Source: Cyanobacteria bacterium P01_A01_bin.123
GTDB taxonomy: Bacteria > Cyanobacteriota > Cyanobacteriia > Phormidesmidales > Phormidesmidaceae
Assembly (NCBI GenBank): GCA_039815185.1
Contig: JBCBZT010000008.1
Location: 1 to 64,000, forward strand
DNA: 64,000 nt
Direction: 5' to 3'
The notes below the pieces were generated by a model. It saw nothing but the letters and a program-made list of their open reading frames with translations, was not told the DNA's origin and made no database searches. Positions 37,799 through 48,976 of the stretch are shown here, piece after piece (position 1 is the first letter of the stretch; each line of letters starts with the position of its first letter). Both the position numbers and the translations under genes were made by a program.

Positions 37799-38539
37799 AT
37801 GGCAGACCTAACTGGCAAAAAAGCTTTAGTGACTGGGGGTAGTCGCGGCATTGGAGCCGCGATCGCGACCCACCTCGCCGCTGCCGGGGCAGATGTGGCC
37901 ATTACCTATCGTCAGTCGCAGTCACCCGCAGAAGAGACCGTTCAACAGATTCAGCAGCAGGGTACCCAAGGGCTTGCCATTCAAGCCGATGGGACCACCG
38001 CCGAGAGCGTGATCGCAGCCGTTAATCAAGCGGCAGAGACATTCGGCGGGCTCGATATCCTGGTCAACAACGCTGGTATTTTTGAAATGAAACCCGTTGG
38101 CGAAACTACATTAGAAGATTTTGATCGGATGATGGCGGTCAATGTGCGGGCCGTGTTTGCAGCGGTCAATGAAGCCGTCAAACATATGCCAGCGGGCGGA
38201 CGCATTATCACTATCGGCAGCGTCAATGGCGATGTTATGCCCTTTCCGGGTGGGTCACTCTATGCCATGAGTAAGGCAGCCGTGGCGGCCATGTCCCAAG
38301 GTTGGGCCAGGGATTTGGGCAGCAAGGGGATTACGGTGAATACGATTCAGCCAGGGCCGATCAATACGGATATGAACCCAGCCGATGGTGCTTTTGGCGA
38401 AACCCTCAGCGCTATGACTGCCTTAGGGCACTACGGTAAACCCCAAGACATTGCCGAGCTAGTCACCTTTTTAGCCAGCCCTCGCGCAGCTTATATGACC
38501 GGGGCAGCTATCAATATTGACGGTGGCTTGACAGCCTAA
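37799..38539 (+). CDS. SDR family oxidoreductase (BdcA/FabG-like)
   Basis: TGGSRGIG, NNAG, YAMSK, PGPINTDMNP. Confidence 0.92.
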   Translation: MADLTGKKALVTGGSRGIGAAIATHLAAAGADVAITYRQSQSPAEETVQQIQQQGTQGLAIQADGTTAESVIAAVNQAAETFGGLDILVNNAGIFEMKPVGETTLEDFDRMMAVNVRAVFAAVNEAVKHMPAGGRIITIGSVNGDVMPFPGGSLYAMSKAAVAAMSQGWARDLGSKGITVNTIQPGPINTDMNPADGAFGETLSAMTALGHYGKPQDIAELVTFLASPRAAYMTGAAINIDGGLTA

Positions 38540-38599
38540 GGTCGATGCCAGCTTACAGTAGGAAATTGTCTCGTAGCTAAAATTCAGAATCTTAAAACC

Positions 38600-39298
38600 A
38601 TGCCTATTCCATACAAAACGGCCCTAATTGTCGGTGCTGGCGATGGCCTCAGTGCCTCGATCGCGCGTACATTTCACGCAGCTGGGCTGTCGATCGCCTT
38701 GGCGGCTCGCAATCCTGACAAACTCAGCGATTTATGTGCTGAAATCGACGCCCAACCCTTTAGTTGTGATGCAGCTCAGCCTGACGCTGTTGCCGCCTTG
38801 TTCCAATCGGTTGAGACGCATATGGGCATTCCCGATGTCGTGGTTTACAACCCCAGTGCTCGCACGCGAGGTCCTCTGGTCGCTCTGGATCCTGCTGATG
38901 TTGAACAAGCGATCGCCGTCACGGCTTACGGGGGATTTCTCGTGGCTCAGCAAGCTGTTAAAAGGATGTTGAGCTTAGGCCAAGGAGCCATTCTGTTTAC
39001 CGGCGCGTCGGCCAGTGTAAAGGGCTATCCGCGATCGGCTGTTTTTGCCATGGGCAAGTTTGCCCTGCGTGGCTTAGCGCAGAGTATGGCCCGAGAACTC
39101 GCGCCACAGAATATCCACGTGGGTCATTTCATTATCGATGGGGCCATCCGCAACCCTGGTGTGACGGAATCCCTCAATCAACCTGATAGCATGCTGGATC
39201 CAGACGCGATCGCGCAGAATTACCTGCACATGCTCCAGCAACATCGCAGCACTTGGACCTGGGAAATCGAATTACGCCCCTGGGTGGAACGGTTCTGA
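38600..39298 (+). CDS. SDR family oxidoreductase (atypical)
   Basis: VGAGDGLS, TGASASVKG, GKFALRGLAQSMARE, WTWEIELRP. Confidence 0.9.
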   Translation: MPIPYKTALIVGAGDGLSASIARTFHAAGLSIALAARNPDKLSDLCAEIDAQPFSCDAAQPDAVAALFQSVETHMGIPDVVVYNPSARTRGPLVALDPADVEQAIAVTAYGGFLVAQQAVKRMLSLGQGAILFTGASASVKGYPRSAVFAMGKFALRGLAQSMARELAPQNIHVGHFIIDGAIRNPGVTESLNQPDSMLDPDAIAQNYLHMLQQHRSTWTWEIELRPWVERF

Positions 39299-39416
39299 GC
39301 AGAGGAGTCTTTCTTGTTGATCTAGAATTTGATCGGTAATTGATGCCTTGTCATTCAAGGTTTGGGTATGGCGGAAAGCCGCGTCCATTTAACAGCGAAA
39401 AGCATACAGGAGTGCC

Positions 39417-40061
39417 ATGGCAACGCTAGATCTGGATAATCAGCTAGTGACTGTTATTGTTCTGTTCAAAGTCAAAGTGGGTCAGCAAGCAGCAGTGGTA
39501 GAGCAGGTTAAACGGCTGTTCGCGATCGCAAAGCAACAACCCGGATTTGTCTCAGCCAATTTGCATCGCAGTTTGGACGATAGCAAAGTTGCAAACTATG
39601 CCCAGTGGGAAAGCGAAGCTGCACTCCAACAGTTTAGGCAGCTCCCAGAAGCGGAAGCCTTAGTCGCGCAGCTACAAACATTGGTGGATGAGATGGATTC
39701 TCATCACTACGAGATTGTCGCCTCAGAATCTAAAGTTGGTATCCCTCAGATCAACGCAGGGGAATACTTTGTTCATTTTGCTGAGTTTCGCATGCCCGCC
39801 GAAAATCAACCCCGTATGGTCGAGCTAGCAAAAGAGCATGTCGGCCCAGCGATGTCCTTAGAAGGCCTGGTATCGGCGAATTTTCACCGTTCTCTAGATG
39901 GGGAGCGCGTCATCAACTACGGTCAATGGGACGATGAAGAAGCCATTACCAAACTCACGCAGCGATCAGGCTTTGGCAAAGAAGACGGTTACTGGACCAG
40001 TTTGGCCGAAAATGAATTCCACCTCTATGAAGTGATTCTGACTGAGCCCAGCGAGGCTTGA
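39417..40061 (+). CDS. Tandem antibiotic-biosynthesis-monooxygenase (ABM) domain protein
   Basis: Two copies of GxVSANxHRSLD...NYxQW. Confidence 0.85.
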   Translation: MATLDLDNQLVTVIVLFKVKVGQQAAVVEQVKRLFAIAKQQPGFVSANLHRSLDDSKVANYAQWESEAALQQFRQLPEAEALVAQLQTLVDEMDSHHYEIVASESKVGIPQINAGEYFVHFAEFRMPAENQPRMVELAKEHVGPAMSLEGLVSANFHRSLDGERVINYGQWDDEEAITKLTQRSGFGKEDGYWTSLAENEFHLYEVILTEPSEA

Positions 40062-40221
40062 GTGCCAGCTGACGCACCCATTTAGGTCAAAATCCATATC
40101 ATTCATAGTATTCCCCTTAGCTTTATTTCCTCATAATTCAGCCATATTTTTTATTGCCGAAATATAAATAAGCTTGAATTATGTGCGTTATTTATTAGTA
40201 GCAAGAGAAATTGAACTCCCC

Positions 40222-40265
40222 TAAAATCGTTCATTTATTCTGCACAGAATAAATGAACGATTTTA
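40222..40265. repeat. 44-bp inverted repeat with perfect arms
   Basis: TAAAATCGTTCATTTATTCTG-CA-CAGAATAAATGAACGATTTTA. Confidence 0.95.
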
Positions 40266-40703
40266 TTTTAGTCAGAGTTATTAACTTGTGAAACGCTTAC
40301 CTACTAAAGATGGTGATAATTCTGTAGTTTGATACTTAATTCACCTTCAAAACCAAGACATCAGACCATTCAGTTTTGATATCAAAAGATATTAAAAGGG
40401 CCAGATGAAAACTTGGATTGACTTAGAAGGGATGACAACATAGCAGCCGCCAAAATCCTTTGCGTGGTTGTACGCTTCCTTGTTGATCTAGCAAAGCATG
40501 TCAGCGATGTTAGATCTGCCAACCAGTGTAGTTAAAGGTATTTTTTGAGGAATCGCCTTCCCATGGAGGTGAATCTTGCGAGTGAATTTTGACTAGCAAG
40601 AATATCTTATTTAAGCTTTCTATAGACTTAATTGATGTCTATCTATAGTCAAAGGAAGCACCTTTTTCGCTCTGTGTTTTTGAGTAGTAGAGAGGAGAGT
40701 CCC

Positions 40704-42998
40704 ATGACAATAAGTCCCCCTGAACCGGGACAAAAAGTCAGGGCGGTGGTTGACAATGATCCGGTAGAAACCTCGTTTGAGCGATGGGGTAAACCGGGTC
40801 ATTTCGATCGAACGTTGGCACGGGGTCCCAAAACCACCACCTGGATTTGGAACCTTCATGCTGATGCCCATGACTTTGACAGTCACACCAGTGATTTTGA
40901 AGATGTTACGCGCAAAATTTTTAGTGCCCATTTTGGCCACCTTGCCGTCATCTTCATTTGGCTGAGTGGCATGTATTTCCACGGAGCCAAGTTTTCTAAC
41001 TATGAGGCTTGGCTGACTAACCCCACCGGAATTAAGCCCAGTGCCCAGGTTGTTTGGCCGATTGTGGGCCAAGACATTCTCAATGCCGATGTTGGCGGTG
41101 GCTTCCACGGTATTCAAATTACTTCTGGGTTATTCCAGATGTGGCGGGCTAACGGCATTACTAATAGCTTCCAGCTTTACTGCACGGCCATTGGTGCCTT
41201 GGTTATGGCGGGTCTGATGCTGTTTGCTGGCTGGTTCCACTATCACAAAAAAGCACCCAAGCTAGAGTGGTTCCAAAACGTAGAGTCGATGATGAACCAC
41301 CACCTGGCTGGGCTGTTGGGGTTGGGCTGTTTGGGGTATGCCGGACAGCAAATCCATGTATCCTTGCCAATCAATGCTTGTTTAGATGCGATTGATGCAG
41401 GCAAGCCCCTCACCATCGGCGGTCGCCTAATCGACTCCGCAGCAGCCATTCCACTGCCCCACGAGTGGATTCTAAACCCCAGCCTCATGACGGATATCTA
41501 CCCCAGCTTTGCACAGGGGTTGACGCCATTCTTCACACTAAACTGGGGTGCCTATGCTGACTTCCTGACCTTCAATGGCGGGTTAAACCCTGTCACAGGC
41601 GGATTATGGCTGTCAGATACAGCACACCATCACTTGGCACTAGCAGTGCTGTTTATCTTTGCGGGTCACTTTTACCGCACCAACTGGGGCATTGGTCATA
41701 GCTTTAAAGAAGTGCTAGAGGCCCACAAAGGCCCCTTCACTGGCGAAGGCCACAAGGGCATGTATGAAATTTTCACCACCTCCTGGCACTGTCAGTTGGC
41801 GTGGAATCTGGCTTGGATGGGCTCGTTATCCATCTTGGTAGCCCATCATATGTACTCGATGCCGCCCTACCCGTACATCGCGATCGATTACCCAACTCAA
41901 TTGTCGCTATTCACTCACCATATGTGGATTGGCGGCTTCTTGATCTGCGGTGCCGGGGCTCACGCAGCTATCTTTATGGTGCGCGATTACAACCCGGATA
42001 CCCATGTCAACAACAACCTCGATCGGGTATTGCGTCAACGGGATGCGATTATTTCTCACCTGAACTGGGTGTGTATCTTCCTCGGCTTCCATAGCTTTGG
42101 GCTATATATCCACAACGACACCATGCGAGCGTGGGGACGGCCTCAGGATATGTTCTCTGATACCGGAATTCAGCTGCAGCCGATCTTTGCCCAGTGGGTA
42201 CAGGGGATCCACGCAGCAGCGGCAGGGAATACGGCACCTCAGGCACTCGCTGGGGTCAGCCAAGTGTTTAACGGTGATGTTGTCGCTGTCGGCGGCAAGG
42301 TTGCAGCAGCAGCCATCCCCTTGGGTACGGCTGACTTTATGGTGCACCATATCCACGCTTTCACAATCCACGTGACGGTGTTGATCTTGCTCAAGGGTGT
42401 GCTATTTGCTCGCAGTTCCCGCTTGATTCCCGATAAGGGTGAGTTGGGCTTCCGCTTCCCCTGTGACGGGCCGGGTCGGGGCGGTACCTGCCAGGTATCT
42501 GGTTGGGATCACGTCTTTTTAGGCCTGTTCTGGATGTACAACTCCCTGTCGATTGTAATTTTCCACTTCAGTTGGAAGATGCAGTCTGATGTGTGGGGCA
42601 CTGTATCGCCAGATGGGGCTGTTTCTCACATTACCGGCGGTAATTTTGCCGCCAGTGCCATCACCATTAATGGCTGGCTTAGGGACTTTCTGTGGGCGCA
42701 GGCTTCACAGGTGATTGGCTCCTATGGTTCGGCATTATCAGCCTATGGCTTGATGTTCCTTGGTGCTCATTTTGTTTGGGCCTTTAGCTTAATGTTCTTG
42801 TTCAGTGGCCGGGGCTACTGGCAGGAATTGATTGAATCGATTGTTTGGGCGCACAACAAGCTGAAGGTGGCTCCCGCCATCCAGCCTCGTGCTCTAAGCA
42901 TTACCCAGGGTCGGGCTGTGGGTCTGGCTCACTATCTGCTAGGCGGAATTGCCACCACTTGGGCCTTCTTCTTGGCACGAATTATCTCGGTGGGATGA
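40704..42998 (+). CDS. psaA: Photosystem I P700 apoprotein A1 (divergent variant)
   Basis: MTISPPE start, [17 protein letters not shown] motif, [12 protein letters not shown]. Confidence 0.99.
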   Translation: MTISPPEPGQKVRAVVDNDPVETSFERWGKPGHFDRTLARGPKTTTWIWNLHADAHDFDSHTSDFEDVTRKIFSAHFGHLAVIFIWLSGMYFHGAKFSNYEAWLTNPTGIKPSAQVVWPIVGQDILNADVGGGFHGIQITSGLFQMWRANGITNSFQLYCTAIGALVMAGLMLFAGWFHYHKKAPKLEWFQNVESMMNHHLAGLLGLGCLGYAGQQIHVSLPINACLDAIDAGKPLTIGGRLIDSAAAIPLPHEWILNPSLMTDIYPSFAQGLTPFFTLNWGAYADFLTFNGGLNPVTGGLWLSDTAHHHLALAVLFIFAGHFYRTNWGIGHSFKEVLEAHKGPFTGEGHKGMYEIFTTSWHCQLAWNLAWMGSLSILVAHHMYSMPPYPYIAIDYPTQLSLFTHHMWIGGFLICGAGAHAAIFMVRDYNPDTHVNNNLDRVLRQRDAIISHLNWVCIFLGFHSFGLYIHNDTMRAWGRPQDMFSDTGIQLQPIFAQWVQGIHAAAAGNTAPQALAGVSQVFNGDVVAVGGKVAAAAIPLGTADFMVHHIHAFTIHVTVLILLKGVLFARSSRLIPDKGELGFRFPCDGPGRGGTCQVSGWDHVFLGLFWMYNSLSIVIFHFSWKMQSDVWGTVSPDGAVSHITGGNFAASAITINGWLRDFLWAQASQVIGSYGSALSAYGLMFLGAHFVWAFSLMFLFSGRGYWQELIESIVWAHNKLKVAPAIQPRALSITQGRAVGLAHYLLGGIATTWAFFLARIISVG

Positions 42999-43073
42999 GC
43001 CGGAGCTGATTACCAACTCCTTTTTCCCATTCCGATCCTCAAATCGAAATTCGTACTCAATTCTTGTTGATTC

Positions 43074-45302
43074 ATGGCAACTAAATTTCCAAAATTTAGC
43101 CAGGATCTGGCAGCTGATCCGACCACAAGGCGGATCTGGTATGGGATTGCCACGGCCCACGATTTTGAAAGTCACGATGGCATGACGGAGGAAAATCTTT
43201 ATCAAAAGATTTTTGCCTCTCATTTTGGCCATCTGGCGATTATCTTTTTGTGGACCTCAGGCAACCTGTTCCATGTCGCCTGGCAAGGTAACTTTGAGCA
43301 GTGGGTCAAAGACCCACTTGGTGTGAATCCCATCGCCCATGCGATTTGGGATCCACAATTTGGCCAACCTGCTGTGGATGCCTTCACCCAGGCAGGAGCC
43401 AACTATCCCGTAGATATTGCCTACTCAGGTGTCTACCACTGGTGGTACACCATCGGCATGCGCACCAATATGGATTTGTACAGTGGTGCAATCTTCCTGC
43501 TGTTGATAGCAGCGGTGTTCCTGTTTGCCGGTTGGTTACATCTCCAGCCCAAGTTTCGACCGGGTCTAGCTTGGTTCAAAAATGCGGAATCCCGTATGAA
43601 CCATCACTTGGCCGGTTTATTTGGCGTCAGTTCTTTAGCTTGGACCGGCCACCTGATTCACGTTGCCATCCCTGAAGCTCGGGGACAGCATGTGGGTTGG
43701 GATAACTTTCTGCAGGTCAAGCCACACCCGGATGGGTTGCTGCCGTTTTTCACGGGCCATTGGGGTGTTTATGCCCAGAATCCTGACACGGCAAGCCATC
43801 TATTTGGCACGAGTGACGGGGCCGGAACCGCGATTTTGACCTTCCTCGGTGGGTTTCACCCGCAAACTGAGGCCCTCTGGTTGACGGATATTGCCCACCA
43901 CCATTTGGCGATCGCAGTCCTGTTTATTGTTGCGGGCCACATGTACCGCACCAACTTCGGCATTGGCCACAACATGAAGGAAATCATGGAGGCCCATAAC
44001 CCACCGGCGGGGACTCCCTTTGGCGGCATGATCGGCGCAGGCCACAAGGGCATGTACGACACGTACAACAACTCCCTGCATTTCCAGTTGGGTTGGCACC
44101 TCGCCTGTTTAGGGGTGGTGACCTCTTTGGTAGCTCAGCACATGTACTCGCTGCCATCCTATGCGTTTATCGCCAAGGATTACACCACTCAGGCGGCGCT
44201 CTATACCCATCACCAGTACATTGCTGGCTTCTTAATGGTGGGGGCATTTGCCCATGGGGCCATTTTCCTAATTCGGGATTACGATCCCAAGGCGAATGAG
44301 AACAATGTGTTAGCCAGAATGCTGGAACACAAAGAAGCGCTGATTTCTCACCTCAGCTGGGTATCGCTCTTCCTGGGTTTCCACACTTTGGGGTTATACG
44401 TCCACAATGATGTGGTTGTCGCCTTTGGCACGCCCGAGAAGCAAATTCTGGTGGAACCCGTGTTTGCCCAGTGGATTCAAGCAGCCCATGGCAAACTACT
44501 GTATGGTTTCGACACCTTATTGTCTAATCCTGACAGTATCGCGACGACGGCTTGGCCCAATTACGGTGACGTCTGGTTGCCAGGTTGGCTAGATGCAATC
44601 AACAGCGGCACTAATTCGTTGTTCTTGACCATTGGCCCGGGTGATTTTCTTGTCCACCATGCGATCGCGCTAGGGTTGCACACCACCACCTTGATTTTGG
44701 TCAAAGGTGCGTTGGATGCCCGTGGGTCTAAGCTAATGCCGGATAAAAAAGATTTCGGCTACAGCTTCCCTTGCGACGGCCCTGGTCGTGGCGGGACTTG
44801 TGACATCTCTGCTTGGGATGCCTTCTATCTCGCCATGTTCTGGATGCTGAACACCATTGGTTGGCTAACTTTCTACTGGCACTGGAAGCACCTCAGCATC
44901 TGGTCTGGGAACGTAGCCCAATTCAATGAAAGTTCGACCCATTTGATGGGCTGGTTCCGAGATTATCTCTGGCTGAATTCTTCTCAGCTGATTAATGGGT
45001 ACAACCCTTACGGCATGAACAATCTGGCAGTTTGGTCCTGGATGTTCCTTTTAGGGCACTTGGTCTGGGCAACGGGCTTCATGTTCTTGATTAGCTGGCG
45101 AGGGTATTGGCAAGAGCTCATCGAAACGCTGGTTTGGGCCCATGAGCGCACACCACTAGCGAACTTGGTGAGCTGGAAAGATAAACCCGTCGCGTTGTCG
45201 ATTGTTCAGGCGCGCGTGGTCGGCTTAGCACACTTTACCGTGGGTTATATCGTTACTTACGCGGCCTTCTTGATCGCGTCTACGTCTAGTCGCTTTGGTT
45301 AG
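43074..45302 (+). CDS. psaB: Photosystem I P700 apoprotein A2
   Basis: [28 protein letters not shown]. Confidence 0.99.
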   Translation: MATKFPKFSQDLAADPTTRRIWYGIATAHDFESHDGMTEENLYQKIFASHFGHLAIIFLWTSGNLFHVAWQGNFEQWVKDPLGVNPIAHAIWDPQFGQPAVDAFTQAGANYPVDIAYSGVYHWWYTIGMRTNMDLYSGAIFLLLIAAVFLFAGWLHLQPKFRPGLAWFKNAESRMNHHLAGLFGVSSLAWTGHLIHVAIPEARGQHVGWDNFLQVKPHPDGLLPFFTGHWGVYAQNPDTASHLFGTSDGAGTAILTFLGGFHPQTEALWLTDIAHHHLAIAVLFIVAGHMYRTNFGIGHNMKEIMEAHNPPAGTPFGGMIGAGHKGMYDTYNNSLHFQLGWHLACLGVVTSLVAQHMYSLPSYAFIAKDYTTQAALYTHHQYIAGFLMVGAFAHGAIFLIRDYDPKANENNVLARMLEHKEALISHLSWVSLFLGFHTLGLYVHNDVVVAFGTPEKQILVEPVFAQWIQAAHGKLLYGFDTLLSNPDSIATTAWPNYGDVWLPGWLDAINSGTNSLFLTIGPGDFLVHHAIALGLHTTTLILVKGALDARGSKLMPDKKDFGYSFPCDGPGRGGTCDISAWDAFYLAMFWMLNTIGWLTFYWHWKHLSIWSGNVAQFNESSTHLMGWFRDYLWLNSSQLINGYNPYGMNNLAVWSWMFLLGHLVWATGFMFLISWRGYWQELIETLVWAHERTPLANLVSWKDKPVALSIVQARVVGLAHFTVGYIVTYAAFLIASTSSRFG

Positions 45303-45328
45303 CTAGCCAAGCATTAGACATTAACAGA

Positions 45329-45354
45329 TTGGGGGCATGAGTCTATGCCCCCAA
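45329..45354 (+). terminator. Stem-loop after psaB (no U-tract)
   Basis: TTGGGGGCAT-GAGTCT-ATGCCCCCAA. Confidence 0.55.
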
Positions 45355-45686
45355 CGCATTCCTTAGCGCCAAACGTGTCGGGGGAGCATCAACCCGAGCC
45401 CCAAGGGCACTGCCCACCGACCTAACAGAATTTTGTGTTTAATACTAGTCGCTCAGATCTTCGCATCGACTTGATCTGAGTGCTTCGACAGGCTTGAGAC
45501 GCGCATGGAGACTCTCCGCGCCTCAGGGAGTCCTGGTTCTCCGGGGTAGTTGAATCAGGACTTTTACTCTTTCGTTGAGCGATTACAATCCTTTCCAAAC
45601 TTGCAATTGCCCAACTGACTCGTTACTTTTCTCTGACTAATCAGAGAGGAGGTTCATTCACCAACAACCTGGAGGCAAGTCAAAAT

Positions 45687-46166
45687 ATGACAAATCAAGT
45701 CGTTCAGCCCTACAGAGGTAATCCTGAACTGGGTCACCTATCTACACCAATCAGCGATTCTGCCTTTGTGCGGTCGTTTATAGGGGCCCTCCCTGCCTAT
45801 CGCAAGGGCATGGCTCCGATTAGCAGAGGGTTAGAAATCGGGTTAGCCCATGGCTATTTTTTGGTCGGGCCAGAAATCGTTGTCGGTGCTCTGCGGGACT
45901 TTGATACTGCACCTTATTTAGGGGGACTGCTGACGGCGATCGCTTTGGTTCTACTCGGTACAGCGGGTATGGGAGCCCATGGAATCGTATCTCTCAAACC
46001 AGCTGCTGAACTAGAATCTGGCACCGATCCGCTGAAAACCTCAGAAGGTTGGAGCGAAATGACGACTGGCTTCTTCTTGGGCGGGATGGGCGGTGCCTAC
46101 ATGGCCTACTTCTTACTCTCTCACTTTGAGGAGATTAATTCGGTTTTCCGAGGATTCGTAAATTAA
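45687..46166 (+). CDS. psaL: Photosystem I subunit XI
   Basis: GHLSTPISDS, LPAYR, RGLEIGLAHGYFL, EGWSEMTTGF. Confidence 0.96.
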   Translation: MTNQVVQPYRGNPELGHLSTPISDSAFVRSFIGALPAYRKGMAPISRGLEIGLAHGYFLVGPEIVVGALRDFDTAPYLGGLLTAIALVLLGTAGMGAHGIVSLKPAAELESGTDPLKTSEGWSEMTTGFFLGGMGGAYMAYFLLSHFEEINSVFRGFVN

Positions 46167-46301
46167 ACCGTATCCACAGCTAGAGCCGTAATTTTACCTG
46201 GGCTCAAGCTCAAGATTTCAACTCGGATGTGATTTAGCACCCATCAAGGTTCAAGCCGTTTCATTAATTGTCCACGATCAAACTGCAAGGAGATTTTCAA
46301 G

Positions 46302-46418
46302 ATGGATGGAACTTATGCTGCGTCCTGGTTACCCTGGATTCTTATCCCTGTGATTACTTGGTTGATGCCAGCAGCAGTAATGGGAATGTTGTTCTTCTAT
46401 ATCGAGAGCGATGCTTAA
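46302..46418 (+). CDS. psaI: Photosystem I subunit VIII (38 aa; below the ORF-track cutoff)
   Basis: [38 protein letters not shown], with AAGGAG RBS. Confidence 0.95.
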   Translation: MDGTYAASWLPWILIPVITWLMPAAVMGMLFFYIESDA

Positions 46419-46488
46419 GACGCTTTTCCAGTCGCCATCATTGCCATGAGCGAGTGTTGAGATATAGGTTTAACTCCAGTTGAAGACC

Positions 46489-46517
46489 AGAGACGTGTTC
46501 ATCACGTCTCTTTTTTC
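46489..46517 (+). terminator. Rho-independent terminator after psaI
   Basis: AGAGACGTG-TTCAT-CACGTCTCT followed by a T-run. Confidence 0.7.
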
Positions 46518-46587
46518 ATCGCCATTACCTCCAACACAACGCGGCCCATCATTCACCAAATTCTGGCGATGCCTGGGAATGCTAGCC

Positions 46588-47964
46588 TCAACATTCAATC
46601 ACATTTACCGCCAAACCACCCCGAGAAGTCTCCTTGTATTTCTCGTGCATATCCGCCCCCGTATCGCGCATGGTTTTGATCACCTTGTCCAGATGAACAC
46701 AGTGCTGTCCATCCCCCTTCAGCGCCATTCGCGCCGCGTTGATCGCCTTCATTGCCCCCATGGCATTGCGTTCAATGCAGGGTACCTGCACCAAACCGCC
46801 AACCGGATCGCAGGTGAGTCCTAGATTATGCTCCATGCCAATTTCGGCAGCATTTTCGACTTGCTCAGGGGTGCCGCCCAGGACTTCGGCTAGGGCACCC
46901 GCAGCCATAGAGCAAGCCACCCCCACTTCCCCCTGACAACCCACATCCGCCCCAGAAATCGACGCATTTTCCTTGTAGAGAATGGCGATCGCGCCTGCTA
47001 CCAATAAAAACCGAACAACGCTGTCCTCATTGGCACCGGGGCAAAACCGGCTGTAATAGTGCAGCACTGCCGGGACAATCCCTGCGGCCCCATTGGTCGG
47101 GGCGGTTACCATCCGCCCTCCGGCAGCGTTTTCTTCATTCACCGCGATCGCATACAGGTTGACCCAATCCAAGACAGTCAGCGGATCGCTCAGGGACGAT
47201 TCGGGACGACTTTTGAGGAACTGATAGAGGGACGGGGCACGGCGTTTGACTTGCAACCCACCGGGCAGAATACCCTCGGTGCGACATCCTCGCGCCACAC
47301 AGGCTTGCATGACATCCCACAGCTTCAGCAGTTCTAGCCGGATCTCTGCCTCCGATCGCCACACTTTCTCGTTCTCCAGCATGAGTTGGCTGATCGAGAA
47401 ACGTTCTTGCTGACACAACACCAACAAATCAATGCAATTTTTGAACGGATAGGGAATGGGGGACCTGTGCAGCCGCAGTCGATTGATGCTGACTGCGTTT
47501 TCATCGACGACAAACCCACCACCCACAGAATAGTAGGTACGCTGCTTGAGAATTCCCTCAGCTTGATCGAAGGCAGTAAACACCATGCCGTTGGGGTGAA
47601 AGGACAAGGGCTTCCAGTGAAAGCACAAATCAGTTTTAGGATTAAACGCTATTGCATGCCGCTTTAACACCCATAGCGATCGCGTCACCTGAATCCGCTG
47701 CAGGTAAGCCTCTACTAAATCAGGATTTACCGATTCGGGGGAATCTCCTTCCAACCCAAGTAGCACAGCGCGATCGCTGCCATGCCCCCGCCCCGTTGCC
47801 CCCAGCGAACCGTGCAGGTCAATTTGAATCCGGTTGACTAGGGATAAAAGCCCGTCAGTTGCCAACCCTTGGGCAAATTGCAATGCGGCTTTCATCGGCC
47901 CCACGGTGTGGGAACTAGAGGGGCCAATGCCGATTTTGAAGATGTCGAAAACGCTGGTAGACAT
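46588..47964 (-). CDS. sdaA: L-serine ammonia-lyase (Fe-S, single chain)
   Basis: [44 protein letters not shown]. Confidence 0.97.
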   Translation of the reverse strand: MSTSVFDIFKIGIGPSSSHTVGPMKAALQFAQGLATDGLLSLVNRIQIDLHGSLGATGRGHGSDRAVLLGLEGDSPESVNPDLVEAYLQRIQVTRSLWVLKRHAIAFNPKTDLCFHWKPLSFHPNGMVFTAFDQAEGILKQRTYYSVGGGFVVDENAVSINRLRLHRSPIPYPFKNCIDLLVLCQQERFSISQLMLENEKVWRSEAEIRLELLKLWDVMQACVARGCRTEGILPGGLQVKRRAPSLYQFLKSRPESSLSDPLTVLDWVNLYAIAVNEENAAGGRMVTAPTNGAAGIVPAVLHYYSRFCPGANEDSVVRFLLVAGAIAILYKENASISGADVGCQGEVGVACSMAAGALAEVLGGTPEQVENAAEIGMEHNLGLTCDPVGGLVQVPCIERNAMGAMKAINAARMALKGDGQHCVHLDKVIKTMRDTGADMHEKYKETSRGGLAVNVIEC

Positions 47965-47969
47965 AATTC

Positions 47970-48905
47970 CTAGGGCATCATGCCGCGTAAATTATTAGTC
48001 GGATTGTCAAACATAGGCGGGGTGTCAATTGTTTCACCCCGGTACACCAGCCCAACCCCAATGGCAGTAACGCCTAAACCCAAGGCATCTCCTAACGTCA
48101 GCACATCACCAAACAACAGGAAGCCAAGTCCTAAAGTGACAGGGGGCGACAGGTAGGCCAGACTCGACACCCGCGCCGCTGTGCGATATTCCAACAGCTT
48201 GAACATCAGGCCATAGGCCCCAATCGATAGCACCACCACTAACCAGGCCAGCGCAAAGGTAAACTGCCCCGTCCATTGCACCTGCAAATCTTCAAAGAAA
48301 ACGGCCAGGGGATATAGAGCGATCGCAGAAATCACGGCCTGCACAAACAGGCTAGGAATAATCGGCAATGCCTTACCGAATTGACCGCGATTGATATGAC
48401 GTTGATACAGCGTAGCTAAGGTCAAGCTAATGGTGGAGATAAACGGCAGTCCGTAGCCCACCCATGGCACGTTAGTTTGCATACTCACCTTAGTGCCGAC
48501 TACCAGCACAACACCGACTAAACCAATCACCATGCCTACCCACTGCATTGGCGATACCCGCTCTCCCAAAAGTGGCCCAGACAACACGCTTGTGGCCATG
48601 GGTTGCAGAGCGGTAATCAGCGCCACAATCCAGGGAGAAACGCCAAGCGCGATCGCCCCAAACACTGCACTTAGCCAAATCGCATGGGCAAGCAACCCGA
48701 TCAGGGCAGACCGCGCGATCGCCGCCCGGTTATTCAAGCGCAATTCCCGCCGATAGAGCAGCCAGACAAACAACAGCACGGCGACCAGCACATAGCGAAT
48801 AAACAGCAGCGAGAATGGCCCCGCATAGGGCAACCCATACTTTGCGCCAATGAAGCCAGAACTCCAGAGCACCACAAACAACATTTCGAGTGCCACAATG
48901 CCCAC
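47970..48905 (-). CDS. DMT/EamA family transporter
   Basis: [15 protein letters not shown], about 10 TM helices; AAGGAGG RBS before GTG 48905. Confidence 0.9.
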   Translation of the reverse strand: MGIVALEMLFVVLWSSGFIGAKYGLPYAGPFSLLFIRYVLVAVLLFVWLLYRRELRLNNRAAIARSALIGLLAHAIWLSAVFGAIALGVSPWIVALITALQPMATSVLSGPLLGERVSPMQWVGMVIGLVGVVLVVGTKVSMQTNVPWVGYGLPFISTISLTLATLYQRHINRGQFGKALPIIPSLFVQAVISAIALYPLAVFFEDLQVQWTGQFTFALAWLVVVLSIGAYGLMFKLLEYRTAARVSSLAYLSPPVTLGLGFLLFGDVLTLGDALGLGVTAIGVGLVYRGETIDTPPMFDNPTNNLRGMMP

Positions 48906-48976
48906 GAATAGAGCCTCCTTAAAATTGAATCGCCTACTGTAGAAGCACAGCGCTTTAGCCAACGACGGATCTGAGC

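Noticed and set aside
40560..40703. psaA leader RNA motif
   Set aside because: Small hairpins are present, but I cannot match them to the Rfam model by eye
40704..46418. FaRLiP (chlorophyll f) cluster
   Set aside because: Gene order is similar, but there are no rfpABC, chlF, apc, psb or psaF/psaJ neighbours, and PsaA lacks the long insertions I recall for PsaA2
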